Below, one piece after another: positions 1 through 8,642 of a stretch of DNA of 57,249 nt. The DNA lies in the NCBI GenBank assembly GCA_049617695.1, contig JBMZJT010000004.1, positions 1 to 57,249 on the forward strand, given 5' to 3'. Every line of letters begins with the position of its first letter. The stretch's first letter is position 1. Both the position numbers and the translations under genes were made by a program. This DNA comes from Thermoplasmatota archaeon (lineage in GTDB: Archaea; Thermoplasmatota; E2; JACPAO01; JAHFTW01). The notes beneath the pieces were generated by a model, which did no database searches, was not told where the DNA came from, and saw only the letters and a list, made by a program, of their open reading frames with translations.

Positions 1-1106
1 TGGAAGACACCGGGGTGGGCCAGGGCACCACCGGAGGGGCTGCTGACCGGGCCGTTGAAGACAACCCAGGCCTTGTTGCTACCAACGTTGGTAAAGACGC
101 CTGCAACGAAGTCGTTGGAGACGCTGATGTCACTAATTTCGCGCGTCACGGTCGCGCTGCTGGGCAGACCGTTGCCGGCGCTGTCTTCGAGCGCAATTTC
201 ACCGCAATCCGCACCACCCAACTTGTCTCGATTGCCAAAGCCAACAGAGGCACCACCATTGATGTCGGAGGCGCTCAGGGCATCCTCGTCAAGGCCGCCG
301 ACGCCGGTCACCGTCACGGTGATGACGCCAGAGGCGTGGGATGCAGAGTCGACCTGTTGGTCGTTGGGGGCGCCGCCACCTGCATCCGTGTAGCACACAT
401 CATCTCCATCGATCGCGGTGTCCCCATCGAGTGTTTCATCAATGTTAACGAGCGGCTCGGTGAAGTGGGTCTTGAAGGAGCCATCGCCGGCTTGGCCGTA
501 GGCGGCCGTGAAGACAGGTGCCGCGGCATCGATTTCGATGACGCTGCTGTCGGCCGGCATGGCGTCGCCATCCAAATCCACCAGGGTGCCCGGCGTGTAG
601 CTCACGGCGGGCAGGGTGCGGCCCGTTTCATAGGTCAGGGCCTCTTCAAGAATGAGCGTGACGGTAAACAGGGGATCCGTGTCGCCGTCGGCATCATGGT
701 CCTCGTAGGACTTGTCGCAGTCAATGCCGGGGTTGTCGACGGTCGCTACACAACCCTTGATTTTGTGGCCCGCGACGGTGAAGTCCTGGGGACGAATCGT
801 TTCCACGACCGGTTCACGGTCGTCATCTTCGCCATCGTTGTTCGAATGAGACGTGTCAATGGCAAAGTGCAGCTGCACGTGGTCAAAACGACCATTCGTG
901 TCCAAATCCTGGAAGGTTGCGGCAATCAGATCCGGTTTCAGGCCCGTCTCCTCTTGCAGACCACCACCATCAGTCGTGGTGTCGCCAAGGTTGGCGGCGA
1001 GTGCTCCAGGCGCGAAGGCAAACGCAGACAGCAGCAGCATCGTGATGACTGCCTTGGCGCGCAAGCGCGGTCGGAGGGTGTTGCCATTGGAATTGGACCG
1101 GTTCAT
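1..1106 (-). CDS. secreted protein, hypothetical; 3' end cut by window edge
   Basis: Absent from ORF track (no stop in window). Reverse complement from ATG 1106..1104 reads MNRSNSNGNTLRPRLRAKAVITMLLLSAFAFAPGALAANLGDTTTDGGG..., a signal peptide followed by acidic D/T/G-rich sequence, open to position 1. Plus-strand ORF 15..1232 is its antisense shadow. Confidence 0.6.
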   Translation of the reverse strand, partial: MNRSNSNGNTLRPRLRAKAVITMLLLSAFAFAPGALAANLGDTTTDGGGLQEETGLKPDLIAATFQDLDTNGRFDHVQLHFAIDTSHSNNDGEDDDREPVVETIRPQDFTVAGHKIKGCVATVDNPGIDCDKSYEDHDADGDTDPLFTVTLILEEALTYETGRTLPAVSYTPGTLVDLDGDAMPADSSVIEIDAAAPVFTAAYGQAGDGSFKTHFTEPLVNIDETLDGDTAIDGDDVCYTDAGGGAPNDQQVDSASHASGVITVTVTGVGGLDEDALSASDINGGASVGFGNRDKLGGADCGEIALEDSAGNGLPSSATVTREISDISVSNDFVAGVFTNVGSNKAWVVFNGPVSSPSGGALAHPGVF

Positions 1107-1163
1107 ACGAGGACCTCGGCGCAGGGCGGAGCCTACGCTTCTGCCGACTCCATTCCGGCGGCT

Positions 1164-1173
1164 TCATATAACC
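1164..1173 (-). promoter_or_regulatory. TATA-like box (GGTTATATGA on minus strand)
   Basis: AT-rich element in GC-rich DNA about 60 nt upstream of ATG 1106. The same GGTTATAT core lies upstream of tRNA-Ser (16806..16813). Confidence 0.3.
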
Positions 1174-1195
1174 GCATCGAACGCGTTTGGCGTTT

Positions 1196-1214
1196 CCAAA
1201 ACCGCAAAAAACGG
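1196..1214 (-). terminator. oligo-T tract terminator candidate
   Basis: Minus strand reads CCGTTTTTTGCGGTTTTGG, 67-85 nt past the stop of 1281..1535. Archaeal intrinsic termination uses oligo-T runs. Confidence 0.35.
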
Positions 1215-1228
1215 CGATTCAACAGGAG

Positions 1229-1248
1229 ATAACTACGAATAACTACGA
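1229..1248. repeat. exact tandem repeat ATAACTACGA x2
   Basis: Read directly: ataactacga|ataactacga, in an AT-rich island between two minus-strand genes. Confidence 0.8.
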
Positions 1249-1280
1249 TGTCAATTTGGGGCGTTTTCGCGTCGTAACCA

Positions 1281-1535
1281 TCAACCCTTGCGTAGCAAGT
1301 TCCGACGCTTCGAAACGGACTTCGGCGCCCGGAACTCGACCAGCTTCTCGACAGGATCCTCGGCCGCTGGCTCGGGAGGCGCCGCCAGTTGCTCCACGTA
1401 ACGTGCACGGATCTCATCCGGCGACGCCCCATCCAGCAACAACCCCACGAGGGCGTCGAACGTCAGACCTGGCACCTTGTAGGATGCGAGCCGCTCATAC
1501 GTCTCCGGTTTGACGTTGACCGTCCGGTAAGCCAC
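1281..1535 (-). CDS. small hypothetical protein (84 aa, GTG start)
   Basis: ORF track. Protein-like composition (VAYRTVNVKPETYERLASYKVPGLTFDALVGLLLDG...) and a basic C-terminus. No family recognised. Confidence 0.5.
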   Translation of the reverse strand: MAYRTVNVKPETYERLASYKVPGLTFDALVGLLLDGASPDEIRARYVEQLAAPPEPAAEDPVEKLVEFRAPKSVSKRRNLLRKG

Positions 1536-1576
1536 AGGCTGGAACCAGGGCCGCAGTTTGAAAGCGGTTCGGGGGC

Positions 1577-3295
1577 CTAACGGCGGCGTCGAGCAGCCAG
1601 CGCCAGGAGACCAACGACGGCCAGCAAACCAATTCCGGGGCTCTCCTCAACAGGGGCCTCGTCTTGATCGGCAGGTAGTTGGCCGGAAGGCCGGCTGTTG
1701 AAGTCGGCGCCGTTGAAGCCGGACGAAGACTCCTGCGAGTCAAGGATGCCATCGCCATCGTCGTCCGGATCCGCGTTGTCACCGATGCCGTCGTGATCCG
1801 TGTCCGTTGTCTCATTGGGATCACGTGGGAAGGCGTCAAAGGCGTCGGGGACGCCGTCACCGTCTTGATCGCCATCGCACAAGTCGCCGATGCCATCACC
1901 GTCGATGTCGCTTTGATCCGCATTGTCCTGGAACGGGCAATTGTCATTCACATCCAGGATGCCATCGCCGTCGTCGTCCGCATCGCACACGTCGCCGCGG
2001 CCGTCGTGGTCATTGTCTTCTTGCTCCGGATTGGCGGTCAAGCTGCAGTTGTCCACGGCGTCCCGAATCTGGTCATTGTCGTCATCCGGGTCGCAGGCAT
2101 CGCCACGGCCATCGTTGTCCGTGTCCACCTGGTCGTTGGCGACGTTTGGACAATTGTCGGCTTCGTTCAGGAAGCCGTCGTCGTCCGCGTCAGGGTTGTT
2201 GGGGTCAACCACATCGACAAAGGTCGTGGCCGTCTTGTTCGCAGAACCTCGATCCACGCGGACGGACAACGTGTAGCCCCCTTCCTGATCGCTCGAGAAG
2301 GTCGCCTCGCAAACGGATGGGTCCGCGATGCCGATGCCACTCCAGGCACAGGTGGGCTCGACACTTGCGTCGCCACCCGAAATGAACGGTGCAAGGGTCA
2401 GGTTCTCGCCGAGGTTGACGAGGTACGGGCCGCCGAGGCGGGCCTTGAACGGAGGTGCAAAGTCGAGGGGCAACGTTTGGGTGACCTCGACGCCCCCATC
2501 GTCAATGACGTGAAGGACCGCATCGCCCGTGAAACCAGCCGTGTAGGTGAAGGGAACTTGGATGCCACCAGGCGGCAACGTCGAACCGAGTTGCTCGAAG
2601 GCGCCATCGCCGTTGGCGTCAAAGGTGTAGACGTACTCGCCATCATCTTGAATGTCGAGATCGAAGACGACGTCAATTGGCGCTGTGCCGCTTGTGACAT
2701 CCGCTGTAAGGGTCGCAACGGGAGGACGGTTGCCAGATTCAACAAGAATGCCGCTTGGATAATCCACGGAATCATACAGCAGGAACATGTCGACCTGGTT
2801 CGTGTAAACCTCCGCGATGGATACCTGGATTGGACCTTCACCATCGACGCCCTCGAAGGTCGCCGAGAGTTGGACGGGCGTGGTTGCAGGGAACGTATCG
2901 TCGGCAATAACCTGCGTGTAGGATTCTGTGCCAACGGCCACCGTAATTTCCCATTCAGGGAGGAAAATGGTGCCATCAATCACGGCGTATTGCGCAAACC
3001 AGGTGACTTCGACAACTCCCCCGCCCAACGCGTAATCGCTTGCGGTGGCAAACATCGCGTCACTCGTTGTATACACGCCATCAACGCCCCCAGTTAGGCC
3101 AGGAACGAGATGGAATGCCTTCGGCGTGTCTTCGGTCGGCACCACACCATCCATCGGAAGGGGCTGCGGATCCGAGTTTCCGAACGGCAAATCCCCATGG
3201 AAGTACAACTGCTCAGCAGCCTGCACTGTGGCTCCCAAAGCCAATACGGCGCCAAGCACAATGGCGATTCGCAGGGCTGTTCGAAAGACACGCAT
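1577..3295 (-). CDS. secreted thrombospondin type-3 (Ca-binding) repeat protein with PGF-CTERM-like tail
   Basis: Signal peptide MRVFRTALRIAIVLGAVLALGATVQA. Repeated DxDxDGxxDxCD units (DTDNDGRGDACDPDDDND, DNDHDGRGDVCDADDDGDGILD, DIDGDGIGDLCDGDQDGDGVPD). C-terminus SPGIGLLAVVGLLALAARRRR. ATG at 3295; the track start 3298 is TTG. Confidence 0.85.
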   Translation of the reverse strand: MRVFRTALRIAIVLGAVLALGATVQAAEQLYFHGDLPFGNSDPQPLPMDGVVPTEDTPKAFHLVPGLTGGVDGVYTTSDAMFATASDYALGGGVVEVTWFAQYAVIDGTIFLPEWEITVAVGTESYTQVIADDTFPATTPVQLSATFEGVDGEGPIQVSIAEVYTNQVDMFLLYDSVDYPSGILVESGNRPPVATLTADVTSGTAPIDVVFDLDIQDDGEYVYTFDANGDGAFEQLGSTLPPGGIQVPFTYTAGFTGDAVLHVIDDGGVEVTQTLPLDFAPPFKARLGGPYLVNLGENLTLAPFISGGDASVEPTCAWSGIGIADPSVCEATFSSDQEGGYTLSVRVDRGSANKTATTFVDVVDPNNPDADDDGFLNEADNCPNVANDQVDTDNDGRGDACDPDDDNDQIRDAVDNCSLTANPEQEDNDHDGRGDVCDADDDGDGILDVNDNCPFQDNADQSDIDGDGIGDLCDGDQDGDGVPDAFDAFPRDPNETTDTDHDGIGDNADPDDDGDGILDSQESSSGFNGADFNSRPSGQLPADQDEAPVEESPGIGLLAVVGLLALAARRRR

Positions 3296-3319
3296 CAACC
3301 CCCCGTCCTTTTCGTACTT

Positions 3320-3329
3320 GATAAACTTT
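3320..3329 (-). promoter_or_regulatory. TATA-like box (AAAGTTTATC on minus strand)
   Basis: Centred about 29 nt upstream of ATG 3295, consistent with a leaderless or short-leader archaeal promoter. Confidence 0.4.
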
Positions 3330-3336
3330 GACGGTT

Positions 3337-4914
3337 TTATCCCTGGAATTGTGCGACCGCGTTGCCTTCTTCGATTTCATAGGCTTGACCATAGATTTGG
3401 AAGCTGACGAAGTCAGGGGCGACGGCGCTGGCAAAGGGCACGGCGACGGTGGCGTCAATGTCCGTGCCGGGGCCGGCGGCGACGACGTCGATGCCGTAAT
3501 CCATGGTGCGCTCGGTTTGCAGCACGAAATCGAAGTAGGGGCCGCTGCAGTTGGGGGACAAGTGCCGGTGTAGGGTGTCTGGGTCGAAGCAGAGGCGGCC
3601 ATCTTGGCTGGTTTCGTCCAGAATCTGCTTCTCGAATTGGATGTCTGGCTCGCCGCTGCTTTCCGGGTAGCTGTACTGGACACTCAGCGCCGTGCTCCAC
3701 CCTTCCGGCTCGGGACTGGGCACTTCGCGCAGGGGCAAGTATTCGGGCAAGGCGATTGCGAAGCTGGTCATGGCCGTGAGGAGGCCGTGGGGCAGGCCAT
3801 CGCGGTCGTCCCCCCACATGCCATCCATGGGACTTACATCGACGGGCATCCAGGGGCTTGGGTTGCCGGGGTGATCGCCGACGTACACTTCTGCCCATGC
3901 GTGGAATCCATTCACCTCTCCAGCCAAGTAGCCACTGACGAGGCGCGCCGGAACGCCCGCGGCGCGCAGGAGACTCACGTAGGCGCCAGCTAGGTCACGG
4001 CAAACGCCGCCGCCTTGGGCAATCGTGTCTTCCGGCTCCAGCAAGTCGTCGGCGCTGAGCCGGGCTTCATCGTATTCGAGGGAATCGAACATCCAGCGGT
4101 ACAGGTTCCAGGCAATGTCCATGGTCGAGTCGCCCGGCTGGACGACGTCATCGACGACTTCCTGGACGGCCGGGTGATCCGGCGTGACACCAAACCCAGC
4201 GCCAAGCCATCCAGGTGCTTGGGCTGCGGCTTGGCTTGGCTGCAAGTAGGCATCCATGTCCTTCAGGTCCCAAACGCGTGCACTGTTGGTGTACGTGGCG
4301 ACGACCCCGAAATCCCATTGTCCCTCCGGCAAGAACGCGCCGTCGCCGCTGCGCGCTTGCACGGTATAGGTCCGTTCGTTGCCTGCGGGATCGGTCACGA
4401 CGACGAGCAGGCTCGTGATGCCATCGTCGACGGAAACCGTCGCCGGAAGTCCTTGGGCGACCACGTTGCCACCTTGCAAAATCACGACGTCATCGCCGGG
4501 GGCGACCACGGCATCGGCGCCGACGGTGTAGCTGCCGCCAACGGCGTCGCCGGAACGAGCCAACCCTTCAATCGTAGGCGGCGTGCTGTCAAACCGGACG
4601 CCCTTGAAGCTCTCCCATGGATGATTGGCGACGGTGTAGGCAATGTCCCACGTGCCATCCGGCAGCATGGCCTCAATGGCGTTCTGGGAATCACTGACGC
4701 CGTCCCAGACGAGTTCTTCCCCGCCAGATCTGGCCGTGATCACGACCATCTGCGGCACCACGTCGTCGACGAGCACCACGAAGCGAGGGTCCGTGTTCCA
4801 GCCATCGACATCCAGAGGCGTCCGCTGGACGGGAATGTCTGGGCGGGTCCATTCATCCCAGAATCCGAGGCAGCCACTCAATGACGTCAGCACCAGAAGC
4901 AGGGCAACACGCAC
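3337..4914 (-). CDS. transglutaminase-like (cysteine protease fold) lipoprotein
   Basis: Lipobox LTSLSGC. Core GGGVCRDLAGAYVSLLRAAGVPARLVSGYLAGEVNGFHAWAEVYVGD matches the Cys-His-Asp transglutaminase core. Confidence 0.85.
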   Translation of the reverse strand: MRVALLLVLTSLSGCLGFWDEWTRPDIPVQRTPLDVDGWNTDPRFVVLVDDVVPQMVVITARSGGEELVWDGVSDSQNAIEAMLPDGTWDIAYTVANHPWESFKGVRFDSTPPTIEGLARSGDAVGGSYTVGADAVVAPGDDVVILQGGNVVAQGLPATVSVDDGITSLLVVVTDPAGNERTYTVQARSGDGAFLPEGQWDFGVVATYTNSARVWDLKDMDAYLQPSQAAAQAPGWLGAGFGVTPDHPAVQEVVDDVVQPGDSTMDIAWNLYRWMFDSLEYDEARLSADDLLEPEDTIAQGGGVCRDLAGAYVSLLRAAGVPARLVSGYLAGEVNGFHAWAEVYVGDHPGNPSPWMPVDVSPMDGMWGDDRDGLPHGLLTAMTSFAIALPEYLPLREVPSPEPEGWSTALSVQYSYPESSGEPDIQFEKQILDETSQDGRLCFDPDTLHRHLSPNCSGPYFDFVLQTERTMDYGIDVVAAGPGTDIDATVAVPFASAVAPDFVSFQIYGQAYEIEEGNAVAQFQG

Positions 4915-4935
4915 AGGTTGGTATCGCGCCAGGCG

Positions 4936-5811
4936 TTATGCCTTTTCTGCCAGGCGGCCGACGCCCCAGCCAAGCAATCCGCCAAGCGCCGCCGCCACGA
5001 GAATTGCCCCAAGACCGTCGACGACGGGCCAGGCAGGACTGCCGGCGGCGAACGCGGCTTCCGTGCGCCAAGGCCACAGGCGACCAATGCTGCCAATCAG
5101 CAAGCCGACCATGGCGGCGTGGGTTTCCGGACCGCGCGCATCAAGCAATCGGCGCAGCACGTGACTGAACAACAGCAAGCCGACGATGGCGCCGAGGCCC
5201 ACGAGACCGACAATGAGGACGTCCAGTTCATGCACCGCGCCGAGGATCAATTCGTACGCACCTAGGAGGAGCAGGAGGTAGGATCCACTGATGCCCGGCA
5301 GAATCATCGCGCACGCCGCGAAGGCGCCAAGCAGCGGCAGCACCCAAAGTGAAGGCTCCGAAGCCACGGCCGGAAGCATGGTGAACGTGAAGGCAAGCAA
5401 CGCCGCGCCGCAGCCCGTCGCCCAGTTTCGCAGGCGACCATCGGTGTGCGCCAACGGGCCACGCAAACTCGCCAAAATCAGGGCCAGGAACGCAGCCGCC
5501 ATTTCGCGGGGCCGTTCCGCCAACAGGGTCACGAGGAGACTCGCGCCCGTGTAGAGCCCAGTCACCAAACCAAGACCGAGCAGCAGCAAAAACGGCGTGT
5601 CCTCGGCCACGAGCGTCCGCCACGCGCGCGTCCGTGTCTCAGGTGAAGCCAATTGAGCAGCGCTGCCCAGGAGTCCAGGCCGCAAATTGCTGATGGCGCC
5701 GACCAGGCGCGGATGAATGCCAAGCAGCAGCGCAATGGTGCCGCCGCTGACGCCGGGCACCGCGTCGGCCAATCCCATCAAGAAGCCGCGTGCCGGCGTT
5801 TTGGGGTCCAT
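4936..5811 (-). CDS. DUF368-family polytopic membrane protein
   Basis: GLADAVPGVSGGTIALLLG motif typical of DUF368, with multiple TM helices. ATG 5811 shares one nt with the trpS stop (alternative GTG at 5814). Confidence 0.8.
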   Translation of the reverse strand: MDPKTPARGFLMGLADAVPGVSGGTIALLLGIHPRLVGAISNLRPGLLGSAAQLASPETRTRAWRTLVAEDTPFLLLLGLGLVTGLYTGASLLVTLLAERPREMAAAFLALILASLRGPLAHTDGRLRNWATGCGAALLAFTFTMLPAVASEPSLWVLPLLGAFAACAMILPGISGSYLLLLLGAYELILGAVHELDVLIVGLVGLGAIVGLLLFSHVLRRLLDARGPETHAAMVGLLIGSIGRLWPWRTEAAFAAGSPAWPVVDGLGAILVAAALGGLLGWGVGRLAEKA

Positions 5812-7142
5812 CACTGGGCCTGGACGATTTCGTCGACGAGGTGGGCAGTCTGGTCTCGCTTTTCCTGGTGCTCGGAAAGCATCTGGACGAGGAGTTCGGC
5901 GGCTTCTTTCTTACAGCCCCCACAAAGGCGTTCGCCACCCGTGCATTCATCGTGCACTTGTTGCAAGTGGTTGTCGTCCTGAGCAAGATGGTACAGGAAC
6001 ATCTCGTAGACGGGGCATTTGCTCGGATCGGCGCCGTCGCGTTCTTGCTCCTCGCGGGTCGCCTTGCCCCCGGTGACCGAGCGCATGAGTTTCTTCTTGG
6101 CAGCCGCGGGCTCATCCGTCAGGAAGATGCTGCTGTCTGGGTCGCTGCTGCTCATCTTGTCGCCGGTCAAGCCCGTCATGAAGCGATGGAACGTGGCACT
6201 GGGCCGCAAAAGGCCCAAGTCACCCTTCTTGGCCTCCGCACGGGCCAAGGCCAGATCCAATGCACGAATGTCGCGGCGACTGCACTGCTTGCCCAACTCA
6301 ATCTGACCATGACGGTCGTTGCGCTTGCGATCCGTCCGGGTGCCCATGCCAAGGGCATCCAGCGTCGCATCGGCCACATCGAGCCAACGCTGCTTGTCCT
6401 CGCCCTTGACCGCGAGAATCCAAGTGCCGGACTTGTCTTTCAGGATGTTGTAGCGACGCCATTGCTGTGCAATGTCGCGCGTCAAGCGAATGTGTGGATC
6501 TTGGTCGACGCCGACAGGCACCAGGACAGGGCGCGGGCCGCCAAACTCATCGCGTTGCACATGCAGGATGTCCGCTGCTTGGACGATCGGCGCATTGACG
6601 TGCGCGATGCTGGTCTCGCCGCCAAATCCGTACATGGATTGCATTTGGCCGAACTTGATCTTGGTCGCAAACTGGTCTGCCAAATCTTTGACGCGGTGGC
6701 GTCGCGTCTGGAAGTAAACCTCCGCGTGATTCGGATCGAGGCCGAGCGCGAGGTGGTTGGCCACGTATTGATCCAAAGCGATCTCGCGGGCTTTTTCCAA
6801 CGTGAAACCTCGGGCCGCGACCACTTCAAAGTCGGCGACGGCGATGTGGACATCTGCACCAGCATCTTGGTGCGCAATGCACTGATCCATGAGCATTTTG
6901 TGACCAAAGTGCATGTTGCCACTCGGCATGAGACCCGTCATGACCGCCCATGGGTCGCGGCCTTGCACGGCATCGCGGATTCTTTGGAAATCACGGTGTC
7001 CAAACACAACGCCTCGCCGCAGCAGCATGTGCGGTTGATCGAAGACTTGCCATTCCTGCGGCGTGAATTCCTCGATGCCGAATTCGGCGCGCAGGCGCCC
7101 GTAGTCCTGGTATTGGCTCTTGCCCCAGGGATCAATCTGCAC
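5811..7142 (-). CDS. trpS: tryptophanyl-tRNA synthetase (archaeal/eukaryotic type)
   Basis: HIGH-type motif NMHFGH and KMSKS-type motif KMSSSDP. N-terminus VQIDPWGKSQ is typical of archaeal TrpRS. I place the start at GTG 7142, since the upstream gene stops at 7165; the track maximum is 7235. Confidence 0.9.
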   Translation of the reverse strand: MQIDPWGKSQYQDYGRLRAEFGIEEFTPQEWQVFDQPHMLLRRGVVFGHRDFQRIRDAVQGRDPWAVMTGLMPSGNMHFGHKMLMDQCIAHQDAGADVHIAVADFEVVAARGFTLEKAREIALDQYVANHLALGLDPNHAEVYFQTRRHRVKDLADQFATKIKFGQMQSMYGFGGETSIAHVNAPIVQAADILHVQRDEFGGPRPVLVPVGVDQDPHIRLTRDIAQQWRRYNILKDKSGTWILAVKGEDKQRWLDVADATLDALGMGTRTDRKRNDRHGQIELGKQCSRRDIRALDLALARAEAKKGDLGLLRPSATFHRFMTGLTGDKMSSSDPDSSIFLTDEPAAAKKKLMRSVTGGKATREEQERDGADPSKCPVYEMFLYHLAQDDNHLQQVHDECTGGERLCGGCKKEAAELLVQMLSEHQEKRDQTAHLVDEIVQAQ

Positions 7143-7164
7143 GCGTCGTCCAGTCGGGGATGCT

Positions 7165-7527
7165 TCAAGGGTTCTTCGACGGCCACAGCCAGAGCACGGC
7201 CGCCATGGCGAGGATGGCTGCCGGTGCCCAGGCAATCGATGTGCGGGGCTCGGGCGGAGGCTCGTAGCGCGCCGTCCAGGCCTCCACGTAGGTGACGCCA
7301 GGGCCAGCGGGCTCCGGCCTCGCCAGGACTTGCCATTCCTGGTCGTCGGGGCCGATTGCCCAGAGTTCGTGATGGCCTGCCTCCAGATCGACCAGGAGCG
7401 GTGCCGTGCCGTTGGATTGACCCAGCGTGTGCCCGTCTTGGATCCACGTCACCTCCGTGGTGCTGGCAAGGCGCATCGTGTCAGCATGCACGAGGATTGG
7501 AATCAAGAGGACCGCGGCCACCGTCAC
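7165..7527 (-). CDS. small membrane-anchored protein, hypothetical
   Basis: GTG 7527 overlaps the stop of the upstream gene (GTGA). N-terminal hydrophobic VTVAAVLLIPILVHA and C-terminal TM IAWAPAAILAMAAVLWLW. Confidence 0.5.
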   Translation of the reverse strand: MTVAAVLLIPILVHADTMRLASTTEVTWIQDGHTLGQSNGTAPLLVDLEAGHHELWAIGPDDQEWQVLARPEPAGPGVTYVEAWTARYEPPPEPRTSIAWAPAAILAMAAVLWLWPSKNP

Positions 7528-8588
7528 GTGACCACCGAAAAGCTGGTACCGTAATCGCCGGCGGCCAGCGGCGCCGGGACATCGGCGAGGCGAAGCCAGA
7601 CGTCCGTGGGACCGGGCGGCAGCTGCGGCAGTTGCGTGAGAGGGCCATCGTAGGCGGTCCACGTGCCACTGATCCCGATTTCCAGCCTGCCCGTGACGGG
7701 CAGCGCGTCGGGCCCTTGGAAGTCACTGAAGTCGATCCTGGCAACCATTGGCTTGTCGCCGTGGTTCATGATCGTGAACGGCGCCGTCGCCGTGAGATTC
7801 CTAGCGCCAGGAATCAATTCAGGAAAATGAAGGCCTTCGGCGGGGACTTGGACGGCGAGCAGGGGAGGTGCCAGTGCGATGAGGTGCTCGACGGATTGGT
7901 TTCCCGCGACGAGGCGAAGCGAGCTTGGTTGCTGCACGTCGAGGGTATGGTTGTGCGTGAAGGCCCCGGTGCCGTTGGCGACCATGACACCGTCGACCTG
8001 AGCGGTCCAGGCAAACGCATCCCCGTTGCCATCTTCGCCACCAAATTGGATGAACGTGGGGCCGCGAGCTTGCTCAGGCGCATCAATCCAAAGGGACGGC
8101 GGGACATCAGGTACGGTTCCAGCGACTTGACCTCCTTGACTGCCTGGTGCGCGTCCAGGAGTTGGGTCGCCCGTTGTCCAGCCGTCGCCCCACACGTAGG
8201 CCTGGCCGCGCGCCGCACGTTCGGCGACTGGGTAGGTGAAGCTGGCGACGAGGTTGTCCTGTGCATCACGTAGGTAGGCCGTATCGCCTGCATTGTTCCA
8301 AACGGATACCATGGACCAGGCCGGTCCTTCAGGCGTGGCGGCGCCACCACCCCAAACCACGATGCGACCGCCTGCGCTGATTTGTTGGTCCGTGAACGTG
8401 AACCGGTTGCCAGCGGCGTCTGCGATGGACCAACCGGTCAAATCGATGGTAGGGCCCGTGTTTTCGAGTTCGATGAATTCACGCGTGCCATCGGGTTCGG
8501 CAAGCAATTCGACGATCTGGATCGCGCCGTCTTGGGCCGGAATCAAGGGGACGCTCAGCAAGGCGACGGCCAATGCAAGGGAACGCAT
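7524..8588 (-). CDS. secreted lamin-tail-domain (LTD) protein
   Basis: Signal peptide MRSLALAVALLSVPLIPA, then IVELLAEPDGTREFIELENTGPTIDLTGWSIADAAGNRFTF, an LTD signature. Confidence 0.8.
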   Translation of the reverse strand: MRSLALAVALLSVPLIPAQDGAIQIVELLAEPDGTREFIELENTGPTIDLTGWSIADAAGNRFTFTDQQISAGGRIVVWGGGAATPEGPAWSMVSVWNNAGDTAYLRDAQDNLVASFTYPVAERAARGQAYVWGDGWTTGDPTPGRAPGSQGGQVAGTVPDVPPSLWIDAPEQARGPTFIQFGGEDGNGDAFAWTAQVDGVMVANGTGAFTHNHTLDVQQPSSLRLVAGNQSVEHLIALAPPLLAVQVPAEGLHFPELIPGARNLTATAPFTIMNHGDKPMVARIDFSDFQGPDALPVTGRLEIGISGTWTAYDGPLTQLPQLPPGPTDVWLRLADVPAPLAAGDYGTSFSVVT

Positions 8589-8642
8589 GGCGGGGCATGT
8601 TCGTGCGGGACTTGGTGGTCGCCGCTTGTGCCAAGTTGTGTG

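Noticed and set aside
15-1232. 405-aa plus-strand ORF
   Set aside because: Antisense shadow of the signal-peptide-bearing minus-strand gene 1..1106. Composition is low in information and no motif was found.
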